From the human T2T-CHM13v2.0 reference genome, Homo sapiens: DNA of 64,000 nt. This document shows, piece after piece, positions 1 to 13,576 of this stretch. The first letter of the stretch is position 1, and each line of letters begins with the position of its first letter. Both the position numbers and the translations under genes were made by a program. Where the stretch lies: NCBI RefSeq assembly GCF_009914755.1, contig NC_060925.1. The stretch is one strand, 5' to 3'. The notes under the pieces were generated by a model. It made no database searches. It saw nothing but the letters and a program-made list of their open reading frames with translations, and was not told the origin of the DNA.

Positions 1-358
1 AGAGAAGGCTAATAATAATTTATGACATCTTTTCAAACTGGGATCCATAGTCATATATCATTTTTCCCTCAATTCTAAGTAGTTTAAAATATTTTAGCAC
101 TAAAACAAATAAGCATTATGGCACAGAATCAAAATATACACAAGTTTTCAAGACAATGTAAGACTAGAAAAAATGTAGAGCTGAGGTAGCCACTAAAGCA
201 CTTAGGTGTAAAATTACCCACTTCTGCCATTAGAGGCAAAAAGTAGGATAGGTACAGAGTCAGAGGAAAAATAGAAGTTGTTGGCTTCAATCCCTTCTCA
301 TATGCATTATTTTCTTTTTGTATATTTGCTTACTCAGGACTTTTATTTTTACATACAG

Positions 359-711
359 GGCTTTAAGTCAGCATCCAACTGTCAGTGATGACCTGCCAAA
401 TCACATAATTTCTGGAAAAGTCCAAGTAAAGCCCAGCGTGAAGGAGTTCACAGAAACAGATGCCATTTTTGAAGACAGCACTGTAGAGGAGAATATTGAT
501 GTTGTCATCTTTGCTACAGGATACAGTTTTTCTTTTTCTTTCCTTGATGGTCTGATCAAGGTTACTAACAATGAAGTATCTCTGTATAAGCTTATGTTCC
601 CTCCTGACCTGGAGAAGCCAACCTTGGCTGTCATCGGTCTTATCCAACCACTGGGCATCATCTTACCTATTGCAGAGCTCCAATCTCGTTGGGCTACACG
701 AGTGTTCAAAG
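359..711 (+). pseudogene. FMO9P: FMO exon 7 equivalent (upstream locus)
   Basis: atacag|g...ttcaaag|gtatgt; [19 protein letters not shown]...VVIFATGY...[12 protein letters not shown], open frame. Confidence 0.95.
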
Positions 712-856
712 GTATGTGAATAAATGTCGGATAAAGGCCTAATATTTCACCTAAAGTTAATACTCTGTTTTTTCTTAACACTAGTTCTCTCTTTTCAGCA
801 AAATGCACCCCTCTTATTCCTAGGAATCCTGACAAACTCTGAATTTTCTCTTCTAG

Positions 857-929
857 GGCTGATCAAATTACCCTCAGCGGAGAACATGATGGCAGATATT
901 GCCCAGAGGAAAAGGGCTATGGAAAAACG
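857..929 (+). pseudogene. FMO9P: FMO exon 8 equivalent (73 nt, upstream locus)
   Basis: ttctag|gg...aaacg|gtaaat; GLIKLPSAENMMADIAQRKRAMEKR. Confidence 0.95.
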
Positions 930-2268
930 GTAAATTAATAATTAGTAGCAACTAGTTGGAGACCTTCATAGGGATCACAAAATTTTAAATCTTAAATTCT
1001 AAATATATGCTTCATCTCATTGAATTATGCAGGCATTTTTCTCCATTTCCTACACTATATTGTTATACAACACCAAAACAAGTATGAATCTTAGTTCCCT
1101 AACTCAGTTTTGCAACAAATAGTCATATATTTATTCTCTTTAAGTCATACTAAATTTGAATTTAAGCCCTCTATATCAATTTCAGTCATTATGAATATTT
1201 CTCCCAGGATCTCATTATGAATATTTCTTCCCAGGAACTCAAGAAGCTTATGTGATTTCCCAAAATGTGAGAATAGTTTCTGATTTTCACCACATCGTGT
1301 TCTTTACTGACATCCTTGTTGCCTAAGTTTAAAGTATACCCTTCATGTCTGGAGGCTTTTGGCTTCCCTATCACAAGTAGAGTGCAGGAATCCTTACTGA
1401 GAATGGGGGCTCCAGCTAAGATGGGCTTGGAGCTCAGCCTCCCTAGGAACCCACACAGCTACTCTCTCTGACATCTTGCCCTAGATTCCTAGACTTTTTC
1501 AGACCAGTTTTCAATTTCCTGCTGTGTGAAATCTCTCCCTTTCCTCTCTTGTTAACTTAAAATACATTTATATTATTCTTTTCCATGAGCCCAGAATTTA
1601 AGAAATAACAAACTAGAAGGGGAGTTGTCTTGCAAATAAGGTACTTCTTTGGTCATGTAACAAAAAATATCTCTGAAACAAGGGAACAGGAAAGGCTTGG
1701 CCACTTTTGCAGAGAGCAGAAGAAAGGAATATAGATAGAAAAGATACAAATTCATATCTTAATAAATAACCTTGCCACATTATTTCAGCATTCTAAAGAC
1801 TTTATGTGTGTGTGTGTCCATACAAAGATATGAAATTCATTCCCATTAACTGCCCCCACACACAGACACTTTACAGTTTTACAAACTTTGCAACACAGAG
1901 AAAACCATTCGTTGAAAAGGCCTTCAAGTGTTGCACTCATCAATACTTGGAAGAAGAAGTGAATTCATTAAAATGTATTTTATGCCTATTGTATTAGTCA
2001 TATTGCTAAGCATTTCCAATAGGATTATGTACAATGTAAATGGAGAGCAATTTAAATGGCAACACTGCTGCTTCTTCTTATGTAACAGTACCTGAAAAAT
2101 TGTGAGGGCTACAAACTCCATGTTATGGGGAAGGTCCTACAACATGAACAAAAGTTCAATACATGCAGTAGAGGTGCCAGCTCCCACACATCTCTAAGAT
2201 GACACTTTGTGCATTCCTGCATCAGAAAGACAGGCTACCCTTGCCCTGTGTTGTACAGCAGGTGTGCA

Positions 2269-2460
2269 CAGGGCTGCTGCTATCTCATAAAATAAGTTTT
2301 TGCAAATTAGAAAAAGGGCAGCCCTTCCTCAGGACACTTTACTTCCAAATGCTGGAAGTCAAATTCTCATTATAAACATCAAATCTACAATATCTACAAT
2401 GCAAATGGGGCCTCTAAGGTTACGCAGCCCCATTGCATCATGCAATGTATGCTCAGAGTT
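2269..2460. mobile_element. MER91-like hAT-Tip100 non-autonomous DNA transposon relic
   Basis: cagggctgctgc terminus and tgcaaattagaaaaagg..cccttcctcaggacactttac core resemble MER91B. Confidence 0.55.
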
Positions 2461-2997
2461 GAAGCATCTGGGGCAAGGGAGAGCTACCCAAGAAGCTGCC
2501 ATTCTCAGCAGTGCTGCAGAGTCACCTTGCTCTGCAAAGGAGACTACGTTCCCCACATTCTTATTCCCATTGTGGTCATCAAACTCCTGGAGCCAGGTTA
2601 TCAATGACTGCTGATCATCTATCCCCTGGTTAACTACAAAGACACACGGAGGGTAAAAGTTAAAAATTTTCCATCCTGCCAACATAGTATACACAGAAGT
2701 ATTTTACTGGATGACAATTCTTCATTTTAAAAAATGGACATCTTAAAGGATAGGGATCCCTTCAAACATCATCAGTTCAGTCACCATGAAGGGACAGTGA
2801 GCATGGAAACTTGGATTGTGAGTCTGCCCTGCCATTCAATGATTGAGTGATGCTGGGTTTGTCAATTCAGCTTTCTGGTTCTCAGTTTCTTCACCTCTAA
2901 AGTGAGTAGAAGGAGTTTAAACTTTTTGTGATTCTTGGATGATATAAATCTCTGTCCAGGGACTGTGAGTCTTCTACATTCTTCCCTTTTGTTTCAG

Positions 2998-3373
2998 ATA
3001 TGTAAAGACACCCTGCCACACAATCCAAGTGGATCACATTGAGTACATGGATGAGATTGCCATGCCAGCAGGGGTGAAACCCAACCTGCTCTTCCTCTTT
3101 CTCTCAGATCCAAAGCTGGCCATGGAGGTTTTCTTTGGCCCCTGCACCCCATACCAGTACCACCTCCATGGGCCCGAGAAATGGGATGGGGCCCGGAGAG
3201 CTAACCTGACCCAGAGAGAGAGGATCATCAAGCCCCTGAGCACTCGCATTACTAGTGAGGACAGCCACCCATCCTCACAGCTCTCTTGGATAAAGATGGC
3301 CCCAGTGAGCCTGGCATTTCTGGCTGCTGGCTTGGCATACTTTCGATATACTCATTACGGTAAATGGAAATAA
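2998..3373 (+). pseudogene. FMO9P: FMO terminal coding exon 9 equivalent (upstream locus), TAA at 3371-3373
   Basis: tttcag|a; YVKTPCHTIQVDHIEYMDEIA...FFGPCTPYQY...SLAFLAAGLAYFRYTHYGKWK*. Confidence 0.95.
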
Positions 3374-3658
3374 ATGAAAGAACACTGAGGGGGAAAAGCA
3401 TGGAATAGTTTCTACTCATCCTGATCGTTATATCTTTTAAAGTCAATAGCATATGTCCAATATTATTTAGTACTACTATAACTGCCATAAGGAAATGTTT
3501 AGATAGACTTTACAAGTAGATTTATTATTTTTAAAATGGGTATAATTATATATATTCATAATATTATGAATGCACAAGAAAATCTTATTTAAAAAAAATC
3601 CTGTTTAAGCCTTAAAAATGATGCTGCAACACAGAGTATACTTAAATTGTTTTCATTA

Positions 3659-3905
<247 letters not shown>

Positions 3906-4799
3906 TAAATTTACACATAAAGTTTTGCTTTTTCACTGATTTTATTTTTAACCTTAACCTTCCTTTCGGGAGATTCTATAAAGTTCTCACTCAGAAACGA
4001 AAGTTCATTTTACAGCATAGAAGTTGAGAAACACACATTTAAATGTTTTAGGTTTTAATTTACTAGAAACAAATAAAAATGCTTTTCTTTTCTTTTCAAT
4101 TCATTCACAAATTATTCTTTTGAAGAAACAACTAAAGAAAAAAGTGCAATATATTTCAGAAGTTTTAATGATTTAATTATTCTAAACTTTTAATATTTAG
4201 CACAAAGCAGTCACTATATTCTATTAAGCTAAAGCTATGTGGATATCTAAGTAACAAACTCAACGGCATGCTGGCTGACATGGTAACTTTGCCTGGCTTT
4301 TGAGGTGATCCTGTCCCTATGTAGAAGAGGTGACTTCCACACTGTTGTGATTTCGAGGATGCCAGAAGAATTCTCTGCCCCAAATGCCTTCTCCCCTGAC
4401 TGACTATGTGAAATCCTCCAAAGACTCAGCCTATTATTCAAGAAAGGGGTGTTCTTCCTGTCCCCCAGTTAAAATCAAAACCACCATGGAATGAGAGTGT
4501 GAAAACTGAGTGGGGTGAGGGATGGGAATTGAGCAGCCTGCACAGCTGTAGCATTAAGAAGAAACATTGGTAAAATATACTAAAAACATCATAAAGAGAT
4601 TTAGATATTTACTAATGTCTCATAATGATAAACTGGACATTTATTACACACAGCAAAACTTTATTACACACAGTAAAAAAAAAAAGTCTCTCCACATCTC
4701 TCTCAGTAACTCAAGTAGAATGGTGGCTGCCTTATCCCACAATACATGCATGAGCACCTCAGAATGATAAGAACAACATTACTACGAACAATATAATTA

Positions 4800-5258
4800 C
4801 TCACAACTGTTTAAACAACTAATGCTCAGAACCTGTGATTATGTTACCACCCATGGGAAAAAAAAGAGTGACTTTGAAGACGTGATTAAGATCAGGATCT
4901 TGAGATGGTGACATTATCCTGTATGACCAAGGTGGGCCCAGTGTAATCACAGGGGTTCTTAAATGGGAAAGAGGGAGGCAAGAGAGTCAAAGGAGATGTG
5001 GCAAAAGAAGCAGAGGTCCGGGGAGGCCATTGCTGCCTTTCAGGAGGCAGAGGACCATGAGTCGGGGAATGCAGGCAGCCTCTAGAAAATAGAAAAGGAA
5101 AGGATCAAATTATTCCCTACAGCTTGAACACAGCCTTGCTGACACCTTGGTTTTAGCCTAGTGAGACTACTGACCTCCAGAACAAGAGAATACATTTGTA
5201 TTGTCTAAGTCACTAAATTTGTGATAATTTGTTATAGCATCAATCAGAAATTGATATA
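4800..5258 (+). mobile_element. MLT1 (MLT1D-like) MaLR solo LTR
   Basis: gtgattaag..ggatcttgagatgg..attatcc, gctgacaccttggttttagcc, aatttgttatagca motifs. Confidence 0.75.
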
Positions 5259-5701
5259 CTTCCTAAGTGTAGAAAGACAGTTAAAAACTGGAACAAAAAT
5301 GTTAAGACCATTGGTTTAAAAAACAATGCTTATGTTTATAATTGTACTTTAGTGACCATAAAGAATGTGACTTAATCTGAAAAATAAAAAGCCTTCAAAT
5401 GCCTTCGTTTTATAGTTTTTTCCTTCATGCTTTGTTAGCATGTTTTTTTACACTGGATTCTATAAGCATCATCCCACTGGTCAGTAAAGCTCAAATTAAT
5501 ATGGGTAAATTAATATGTGTTAAACTTTTTTCCAGACTAAAAGTAGACTAAATTTGGTATAGCAAATAATGAAGCATTTCAACATATATTATCTAGTTTA
5601 ATCATATTGTAGGAGGATGAGCAATGGTTTTTTTCCCACTTTAATCTACTTTTTAATACGTGAATGAACAACCACCTTGTGGGAAAAAAGCAGAGGCTTA
5701 G

Positions 5702-6142
<441 letters not shown>

Positions 6143-6339
6143 TAATCTTCTAAACAGATCTGCAACTTTCAACCAAATTACAGAGTGCTTTTTTTAATTT
6201 AGAATTTTTTCATGGTAGCTTACTTTTTTATTATTGCTTTCTTTGCTGTACAATGTGGGTTTATGTAATACATAGTTCACATATTTAAAAACGAGGTATA
6301 CTGAAACAATGTATCAATGCTGACTACTTTGATACATAG

Positions 6340-6530
6340 TACATGTTCCAAGAACAAGGTGTAGTCAAATGCATCCTAATTCATGAATACCAATTTATTT
6401 TGTAATAATACATGTGTTTCAAGAACAAGATGCTTTCGGATGAACCCTAACTCATGAATGTTAATTGCTTTTTAATATTACAAGCCCCACAAGAACAGAG
6501 TATGCCTGGATTAGCCTCCTCTGTGAGTGA
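6340..6530. repeat. Degenerate ~70-bp tandem repeat, about 2.7 copies
   Basis: taca...caagaaca...at..cct units start at 6340, 6409, 6479. Confidence 0.6.
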
Positions 6531-6639
6531 GCCTCATTCTCACACCCACTTATTTCCTAAATATTGATGATCCAAGCGTCTATCATTCCCTCCTTCCAAG
6601 GGTTATTTCATTCAGGTACAATCTTGCGCTGCAACCTAA

Positions 6640-7370
6640 TTTCCATATCTTCATCTTTCAGCGTAGACTTCTCTCCTGAGCTACAATCTCATGTTTATTC
6701 CTGTCTTCTACAAAAGCATCTCAGACTCTCATTTTTAAAACTGAACTCATTTTATTTCCAAAGAAACTGCTCTTCTCCCACACTCCTTATCTTAGCTCAT
6801 ATCAAAAATCTAAAAGTCCTATTATACTCCTTTGTCTCTTGTAATGGGATGTAAGTTTCTGATGCCTGCTGATGCTACCTTCTGCACATCTCTAAAGTCT
6901 GTCCCATCCTTTTCAAGCTCACTGCCATTGTTTGAGTTCAGCTTATGATTTCCCATCTCGACTATTGAAATAGACTCCTTATCCAAGCCCATGCCATCTG
7001 TCTAGCCTCCCTCCAATTCATCCTCCACAACAACACCGTGGTTAGATCTAGAGGGAAAATCTGATCCTCTTCCTCCTTACATCCCCTTCAGCCAGGACAG
7101 ACAGTACCCTTCGAGAATTTCCCTGCACCGACGCTTCCAGCCTTGCTCCCAGACACCTGGGATAAGCCTACACTCCAGGCATACCAGCTGCTTCTAAGTC
7201 CCTGAATAGGTCACGTTCATGTTGACTCCACATCTTTGTACAGACTATTCTGTTTGGAAAATCTTCTTTCTCCTTTTTCTCACTTGTAAGCTGCTATTCA
7301 GTCCTTTAAACTTGGCTAAAATTACAACTCCTTTAAGAACTGTTTTCTGGCCTTTACTTCCCTTGCCCCA
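6640..7370 (+). mobile_element. L2 LINE relic
   Basis: gacttctctcctgagct, aaaactgaactca, ctgcca..gttcag..ctcgactattgaaatagactcctt motifs. Confidence 0.65.
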
Positions 7371-7564
7371 TTAGACAATTGATATGAAATTAAGAAAAAG
7401 TAGAAAGATAGAAAAGATTAAAAACCTAGACACTACTGTGTTTTGGGATAATGATAATGGGCTCAAAACAGTGATTCATTGCTCTACCAGGAGAACAAAT
7501 AGACATTGCATTACTTAAACCATCTGCAAATGCCCCCAAATCTCTCATTCTGTTAATGTGTCTC

Positions 7565-8065
7565 TGTTAGGTTTCCATCACTGTTGTAATAAATTATCAC
7601 AAACCTAGTGGCCTAAGGCAACATGAATTTATTATCTTTTATTTCTGGAGGTCAGAAGTCTGAAATCAGTTTCACTGGGATAAAATTAAGATATCAGCAG
7701 GACTACATTTTTTCTGGGAGGTTCTAGGGGAGAATCTCTTCCTTACCTTTTCCAGTTTCTGGAGACTGCTTGCATTCTTTGGCTCATAACCCTTTCTCCA
7801 TGGGCAAAGCCAGCAGCATCTTTTTTTCTCTCTGACTTTTGCATTATCTTTACATCTTCTTTCGCTAACTCTGATCCTCCTGCTTCCTTCTTATAAGGAC
7901 CCATGTAATTAGATTAGACCCACCTAGATAATCCAAGATAGTCTCCCCATCTCAAGATTTTTAACCTAATCACATCCTCAGTCACTTTTGCCATATAAGG
8001 TGGTATATTCATAGGTTCTGAAGATTAGGACATGGATATCTTTTGGAGGTCATTATTCAATGGTA
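7565..8065 (-). mobile_element. MLT1 MaLR solo LTR
   Basis: aaattatcacaaacctagtggc, ttctggaggtcagaagtctgaaatc, gataatccaagatagtctccccatctcaag. Confidence 0.8.
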
Positions 8066-8292
8066 TGAATTATATATATGTATATATAATTCACAATATA
8101 ATATATAATGATGAATGAATTATATATTGTTATAGAAATATATCACTATATTCTATATGAATTATAATTTATATGTAGAATACATGAATTCATATACATT
8201 ATATGTGAATTATATATAAATATATACTTATGAATGGATTATATATACATATAATTCTTACTGTTGAATAATGGCCTCTAAATATATACATA
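8031..8292. repeat. AT-rich imperfect palindrome
   Basis: Arms 8031-8093 and ~8235-8292 are reverse complements; TA-rich interior. Confidence 0.75.
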
Positions 8293-11200
8293 TATACATA
8301 TGAGCAATTCATTTTTCCTGGTAATTAACAATTTAAAAACTGAAACAGAATGGCAACAAAGAGGAAAATATGGTAATGGCTTTGCTTAAAAATGTCTCCA
8401 TAAATCACAAGCCAAATTCAGGAAAAAGATTGTACATATTTTCTGACATAGGAAAAGCAAAGGAAAGAAATGGATACTGCCATAAGCTACACTAAACATC
8501 ATTTCTTAAATGCTAGCAAAACATATCTCCACAGGAACCTTGCCTCCAGAATAACTAAGCCCGGAAAAACAAAGAGAAGTTGAGGGAGCCTCGACTGCTA
8601 GCTATAGTTGCTAAATGAGGGTAGAAAACAGGGTTAGTAATGGAGAATTGGAAATACCATGAGGATTTCCTTTAGAGGCTATGATGAGAATTTGTAGATG
8701 CAAAGAAAAAAAAACACTTTAGGTGGTGAAGGAGAATTTTAAGTAACAAAAGGGTGGCTTATCTTTATTAATACTTAATTATATTACTCCAATTCCCCTG
8801 CTTCTTTCCAGTAACAGTGTTGACCCCAGCCCCAGAATATGGTCTCCAGCTGTTTTCCCTATTCCTCTTAGATTTTGTCAAGTTAATATGCATATGCAAA
8901 ATCAAAACAACTCCCCCAGTTTCCTCCTTCCCATAGCCCCTCTGCCTATTCCCCAACTCGCCTCCCTATGAGAACACCAATGCTGAGACCTTCCTGTCCT
9001 CATTTAGAGGTATCAGCTCCAGTTTACACTCATGGAATCATATCAGAAAAATTGATGGGTCACTTTTTCACAAAGAATTCTGAAGCTTTATTCAGGTATC
9101 CACATATAGAACATTAAACTCTGACCTTCTGGAGGACAAGGACTTTGTTTTATTCATTGTTTTACATCCAGCTTCTAAAACAATGACTAGTATATAGTTC
9201 TTGAATGCTCACTATCAAAATTAAGAAGACTAGATCTCAGCTGGCCTCCATCCCCGATTTGAACCTATCATTATCAAATCATCAGGAAAATAAATGACCT
9301 TTAGAACAGCACTTGTTACCCTCAGTTTCAAGGGGTGAACTCCCAAGAAAGCAGCATCAACAAGTGACATGCCATTGGGCAGTGGCATCAGGAAATTCAC
9401 CAGGGAGAAAACCAGGCAGTCTGAGAAGATGTTAACAATACAAAAGCTGAGATCTAATACAGGAGGATTAAAATAATTGAATACTGGTTTTTATTCTAGT
9501 TAGGAATTATTTAAAATTTGAATAAAATGCATTAAATTATATAAAATTCATGTATTTACCATGAGAGTTAGAGTTAGAAAATGGAAATGGTATTCTGGAG
9601 CCAAGATGGCTGACTTGAAGCAGATAGTGTGTGCTGCTCTTACTGAGAGAAGAAGGAGTGGTGAGTAAAGACTGACTCTTTGACTGGAAAGTCCAGGTGG
9701 AAGCATTGGGATTCATCAAGAAATCAACTCGACTCACAGAGAACGGAGAGGAATGAGACAGGACAACTGCCTACCTGGGACTAGCACAGAGTCAGAGGAG
9801 TCCCCCCACCACTACTAAAGAGAAATGATAAGTGAGTGGGAGTTCCGGGGGACCCATACTTCTGCCATGGACCTGTGCAAACCTGGGCTCAGGAGATCCC
9901 CCCATAAGTCCACTCCACTGGGGCCTTCAGACTGACATGGAGAGCTATATGGAGTCTGGGCAGAGCCACCACTCAGGTACATGCAGAGTCCCAGCAGCCT
10001 TGGATTCCCAGGCATCCAGGCATTAGTGGCTGTAGCTCCAGCAACAGAGGAGGTCAGTCTCCCTCACATGCCCTCAGGAAAAGGGCCAAATTCAGGGCTT
10101 GAGCAACAATGGACTGCAGGCTTTGCTTCCACTGCTTCTCACAGTATAAGACCCACTGTCCTGGGGTTCCAGCCACCCCGCTACCTGGGATCCCGGGCCA
10201 GTAGCAACTCTGTACTTCCCCGGGATGGAGCTTCCAGAGGGAGATGCGGGCCGCCATATTTGCTGCCCCATAGCCCTGGCTGCTGTTGCCCTCAGGCTCT
10301 GGATAGCATGTGGTGATTAGGGACTGGTGCAGATCCCCAGCATAATACAGCCACCTGACAGAAAAGTGGCTGGACTGTTTTCCACACGAGTCCCCCATCT
10401 TTCTTCTCTTCACTAAGTGAGACTTTCCAACCTGGGACTACAGCACAACTACCCTGCCCCAACTGGAACACTTCAGTCAGAGGTGGCTCTGCAGTTATCT
10501 GTGGAGGAAATTCCAGAGACAACTCACAACCCCTCTGCCACAGCAGCTGCAGTGGTACTGTCTTAACTGCCCTTGGGCTGGGGAAGGAACAAAGGGACTT
10601 GTTACTACTGGTTCTCCAAGCTCACTCAATCAGACAAAAATAAAGAGAAAACAATAAAGAAGAATGAACAATGGCTCTGAGACATAGAGATTATGTAAAG
10701 AGACCAAATCTATGATTCATTGGCATCCCTCAAAGAAAGGGAGAGAAAACAAGCAACTTGGAAAACATATTTTAGGATGTTGGAAAACATCCCCAACCTC
10801 CATAGAGAGGCCAACATTCAAATTGAGGAAATGCAGAGAATCTTTGCAAGATACCGCACAGGAAGACCATCTCCAAGACACATAATCATCAGATTTTCCA
10901 AGGATGAAATGAAAGAAAAAATGTTGAAGGAAACTAGAGAGAAGGGATAGGTCATCTACGAAGGAAACCCCATCAAGCTAACAGTGGACATTTCAGCAGG
11001 AACCCAACAAACCAGAAGAGATTGGGGGCCTATATTCAGCAAATTTAAAGAAAAGAATTTCCAACGGAGAATTTCCAACCAAGAATTTCCTATTTAGTCA
11101 AACTAGGCTTCATAAGTGAAGAAGAAATAAGATCCTTCTAAGACAAGCAAATGGTAAGAGATTTCATTACCACCAGACCTGCCTCACAAGAGGCTCTGAA

Positions 11201-11440
11201 CGTGGAAGGAGAGACTGTTACTGGTACTAAAAAAAAACACACTTAAGTATGTACACCAGTGACACAATAAAGCAACCACACAAAAAAGTCTGCATAATAA
11301 CCAGCTAACAACATGATGACAAAAACAAATCTGCACATATCAATACTAAACCTCAATGTAAATGGTCTAAGTGCACCAGTTAAAAGGCACAGAGTGACAA
11401 GTTGGATAAAGAATCAAGACCCAACGGTATGCTATCTTTA

Positions 11441-11749
<309 letters not shown>

Positions 11750-13576
11750 GAGACCCATCTCATATGCAATGACACCCATAGGCTCAAAGTAAAGGGATAG
11801 AGAAAAATCTACCAAGCAAATGGAAAACAGAAAAAAGCAGAGGTTGTTATTTCAATTTTAGACAAAACAGACTTTAAAACAACAAAGATCAAAAGAGACA
11901 AAGAAGGGCATTATATAATGGTAAAGGGTTCAATTCAACAAGAAGACCTGACTATTCTAAATATATATGCACCCAACATAGGAGCAACCAGATTCATAAA
12001 GCAAGTTCTTAGAGACCTATGAAGAGACTTAGATAACCACACAACAATAGTGGGAGTCTTCAACATCTCACTGACAATATTAGGCAGATCATCAAAGCAG
12101 AAAACTAACAAAGATATTCAGGACTGAACTAGACACTTGACCAAATGAACCTGATAGATATCTACTGAACTCTGCACCCAAAGACAACAGAATATACATC
12201 GTTCTCATCTGCACATGGCACACACTCTAAAATTGACCACAAAATCAGATATAAAACAATGTTCAGCAAATTAAAAAAAACTGAAATCACATCAACCACA
12301 CTCTTGGAATATAGCACAATAAAAATAGAAATTGAATTTAAAAAATCACTCATAGAATTACATAGAAATTAAACAACCTGCTACTGAATGACTTTTGGGT
12401 AAATAATGAAATTAAAGCAGAACTCAAAAAATTCTTTAAAACTAATGACAGCAAAGATACAACATAGACTCCCTAGGACACAGCTAAGGCACTGTTAAGA
12501 GGAAAGTTTATACTACTAAACACCAACATCAAAAAGTCAGAAACATCTTAAATTAACAATCTAACATTACAACTAGAGGAACTAGAAGAGGAAACTAACC
12601 CCAAAGCTAGCAGAAGACAGGAAATAACCAAAATCAATTCTAAATTGATGGAAATTAAGATGCAAAAAAAAAAAACCATAAAAAAGGTCAGTGAATCCAG
12701 GAGTTGGTTTTTGAAAAAATTAATAAGACAGATAGACCATTATCTAGATGAATGAAGAAAAAAAGATAAGATCCAAATAAACACAATCAGAAATGACAAA
12801 GGAGACATTACCCCTGACCACAAAGAAATATAATAGTAAAAAAAACTAAAGAGACTGCTACAAACAACTCTGTGCACGCAAGCTAGACAACCTGGAAGAA
12901 ATGGACAAATTCCTATACACATGCAACCTCTCAAGACTGAACCAGGAATAAATTCAATCTCTAAACAGACCTATAATAAAAAGTTACAAAATTGAATCAG
13001 TAATAAAAAGTCTGCCAAAAAAAAAAAAAAAAAAAAAGACACAGGACCAGGCAGATTCATAGCTGAATCCTACCAGATGTATAAAGAAGAGATGGTACCA
13101 TTTCTACTGAAACTATTGAAGAAACTGTGGAGGAGGGACTCCTCCATAACTCATTCTATGAAGCCAGCATCATCCTGATACCAAATGCTGGCAGAGACGA
13201 GGGAAAAAAAAAACTAATTTAAGCAAACTAATTTAAACTTCATATGGAACCACAAAAGAGCCTGAATAGCCAAAGCAATCATAAGCAAAAAGAACAAAGA
13301 TAAAGGCATCACCAAAATAGATGGTACTGGTAAAAAAAAAAAAAAAAAAAAAGACAGGCACATAGACCAATGAAACAGAATAGAGAACCCAACAATAAAG
13401 CCACACACCTACAGTCATCTGATCTCCCACAGGGCCAACAAAAATAAGATTAAGGAAAGGACTTCCTATTGAATAAATGGTGCTGGGATAGCCGGCTAGC
13501 CAATATGCAGAAGAATGAAACTGGACCCCTACCTTATACCACATACAAAAATTAACTCAAGATGGATTAAAGACTT

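Larger units (their letters stand above)
359..3373 (+). pseudogene. FMO9P: 3' part (last three coding exons) of an FMO-family gene, probably FMO9P; 5' exons lie upstream of the window
   Basis: Three exons with FMO-typical sizes and phases (353, 73, 376 nt to stop) and canonical AG/GT; FATGY motif and hydrophobic C-terminal anchor. Name inferred from recalled order and ~34 kb spacing of FMO9P/FMO10P on 1q24. No disabling lesion is visible in this window, so pseudogene status rests on prior annotation. Confidence 0.8.

Noticed and set aside
363-835. 94-aa and 144-aa minus-strand ORFs
   Set aside because: Antisense shadows of the FMO exon; no independent evidence.
790-856. Extra AG acceptors at 798 and 823 (the latter in frame, +11 codons)
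   Set aside because: The 857 acceptor gives the conserved 73-nt exon; no evidence the others are used.
2300-2694. Overlapping 104-aa (+) and 111-aa (-) ORFs in the last FMO intron
   Set aside because: Partly inside a MER91-like transposon; no recognisable domain or exon chain.
9815-10522. Cluster of ORFs in GC-richer DNA resembling a promoter or gene
   Set aside because: This is the 5'UTR of the old L1; CpG-depleted, no coherent protein.
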